From assembly GCF_000002865.3 (NCBI RefSeq), contig NW_001865062.1, positions 537,314 to 601,313 on the forward strand: a DNA stretch of 64,000 nt. Direction: 5' to 3'. Source of the stretch: Monosiga brevicollis MX1. Lineage: Eukaryota. A program made the translations under genes and the position numbers. The notes under the pieces were generated by a model. It ran no database searches and was not told where the DNA came from. It saw only the letters and a program-made list of their open reading frames with translations. Within the stretch, counting starts at the first letter, position 1; each line of letters opens with the position of its first letter. Positions 63,705 to 64,000 of the stretch are shown here, in pieces.

Positions 63705-63884
63705 CTAAACGGTGGCGCTCTGCGCCTGGGCGGTGGCCCATTCTTGTCGCAGCTCCTGGAGCTCGGCTTGACGCGCGGCAATGACTTCTTTGCGCTCACG
63801 CCGCGCTTGCATGGTTTCTTCGGAACGAACCGGCAGCCATTTGGGCGCATCAAAGCTGTCTACCCATTTCATGGCCCGGTATTG
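63705..63884 (-). CDS. Probable terminal exon of a gene that starts beyond the window
   Basis: A pyrimidine-rich TAG acceptor, then QYRAMKWVDSFDAPKWLPVRSEETMQARRERKEVIAARQAELQELRQEWATAQAQSATV* (coiled-coil-like). Confidence 0.45.
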   Translation of the reverse strand, partial: QYRAMKWVDSFDAPKWLPVRSEETMQARRERKEVIAARQAELQELRQEWATAQAQSATV

Positions 63885-64000
63885 CTAAGAGGTCGATGAA
63901 GAAGGCGGCACGGTATGAGAGGCTCGCGAGCAAGCTACTCTGCATGCGGGTGGGAGGGGCTGGGCGGCATTAGCCAGACAGGTGAACCGTACCCAGTCGT

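Overview
Intron-dense eukaryotic DNA with short GT-AG introns, many (CA)n/(CT)n microsatellites and one N gap (62019-62131). The signalling gene content, a receptor-SH2 protein and a large receptor tyrosine kinase, points to a unicellular holozoan, probably a choanoflagellate such as Monosiga; this is inferred, not searched. I reconstructed about 18 spliced genes by hand: an Ig-like-repeat/TM/SH2 receptor (5'-partial), a class II DnaJ, PSMA3, an ABC1/UbiB kinase, a kelch-EGF receptor TKL kinase, Rab escort protein, a DUF218 protein, a divergent profilin-like protein, a weak Pro-rich gene, a giant RTK, MRPS17, a YbjQ/UPF0145 protein, ATG3, HDDC2, an unknown membrane protein, DNAJB11, CABIN1/Hir3 and a terminal exon at the right edge. 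There are also two identical tRNA-Val(AAC) genes. The most notable observations are the kinase-less tyrosine-motif/SH2 receptor, a long G.U-containing hairpin in PSMA3 intron 1, a receptor kinase with DFD and a long activation-loop insert, two bacterial-type genes, and a conserved upstream element shared by the tRNAs. Gene spans include introns, and exon edges were read by eye.
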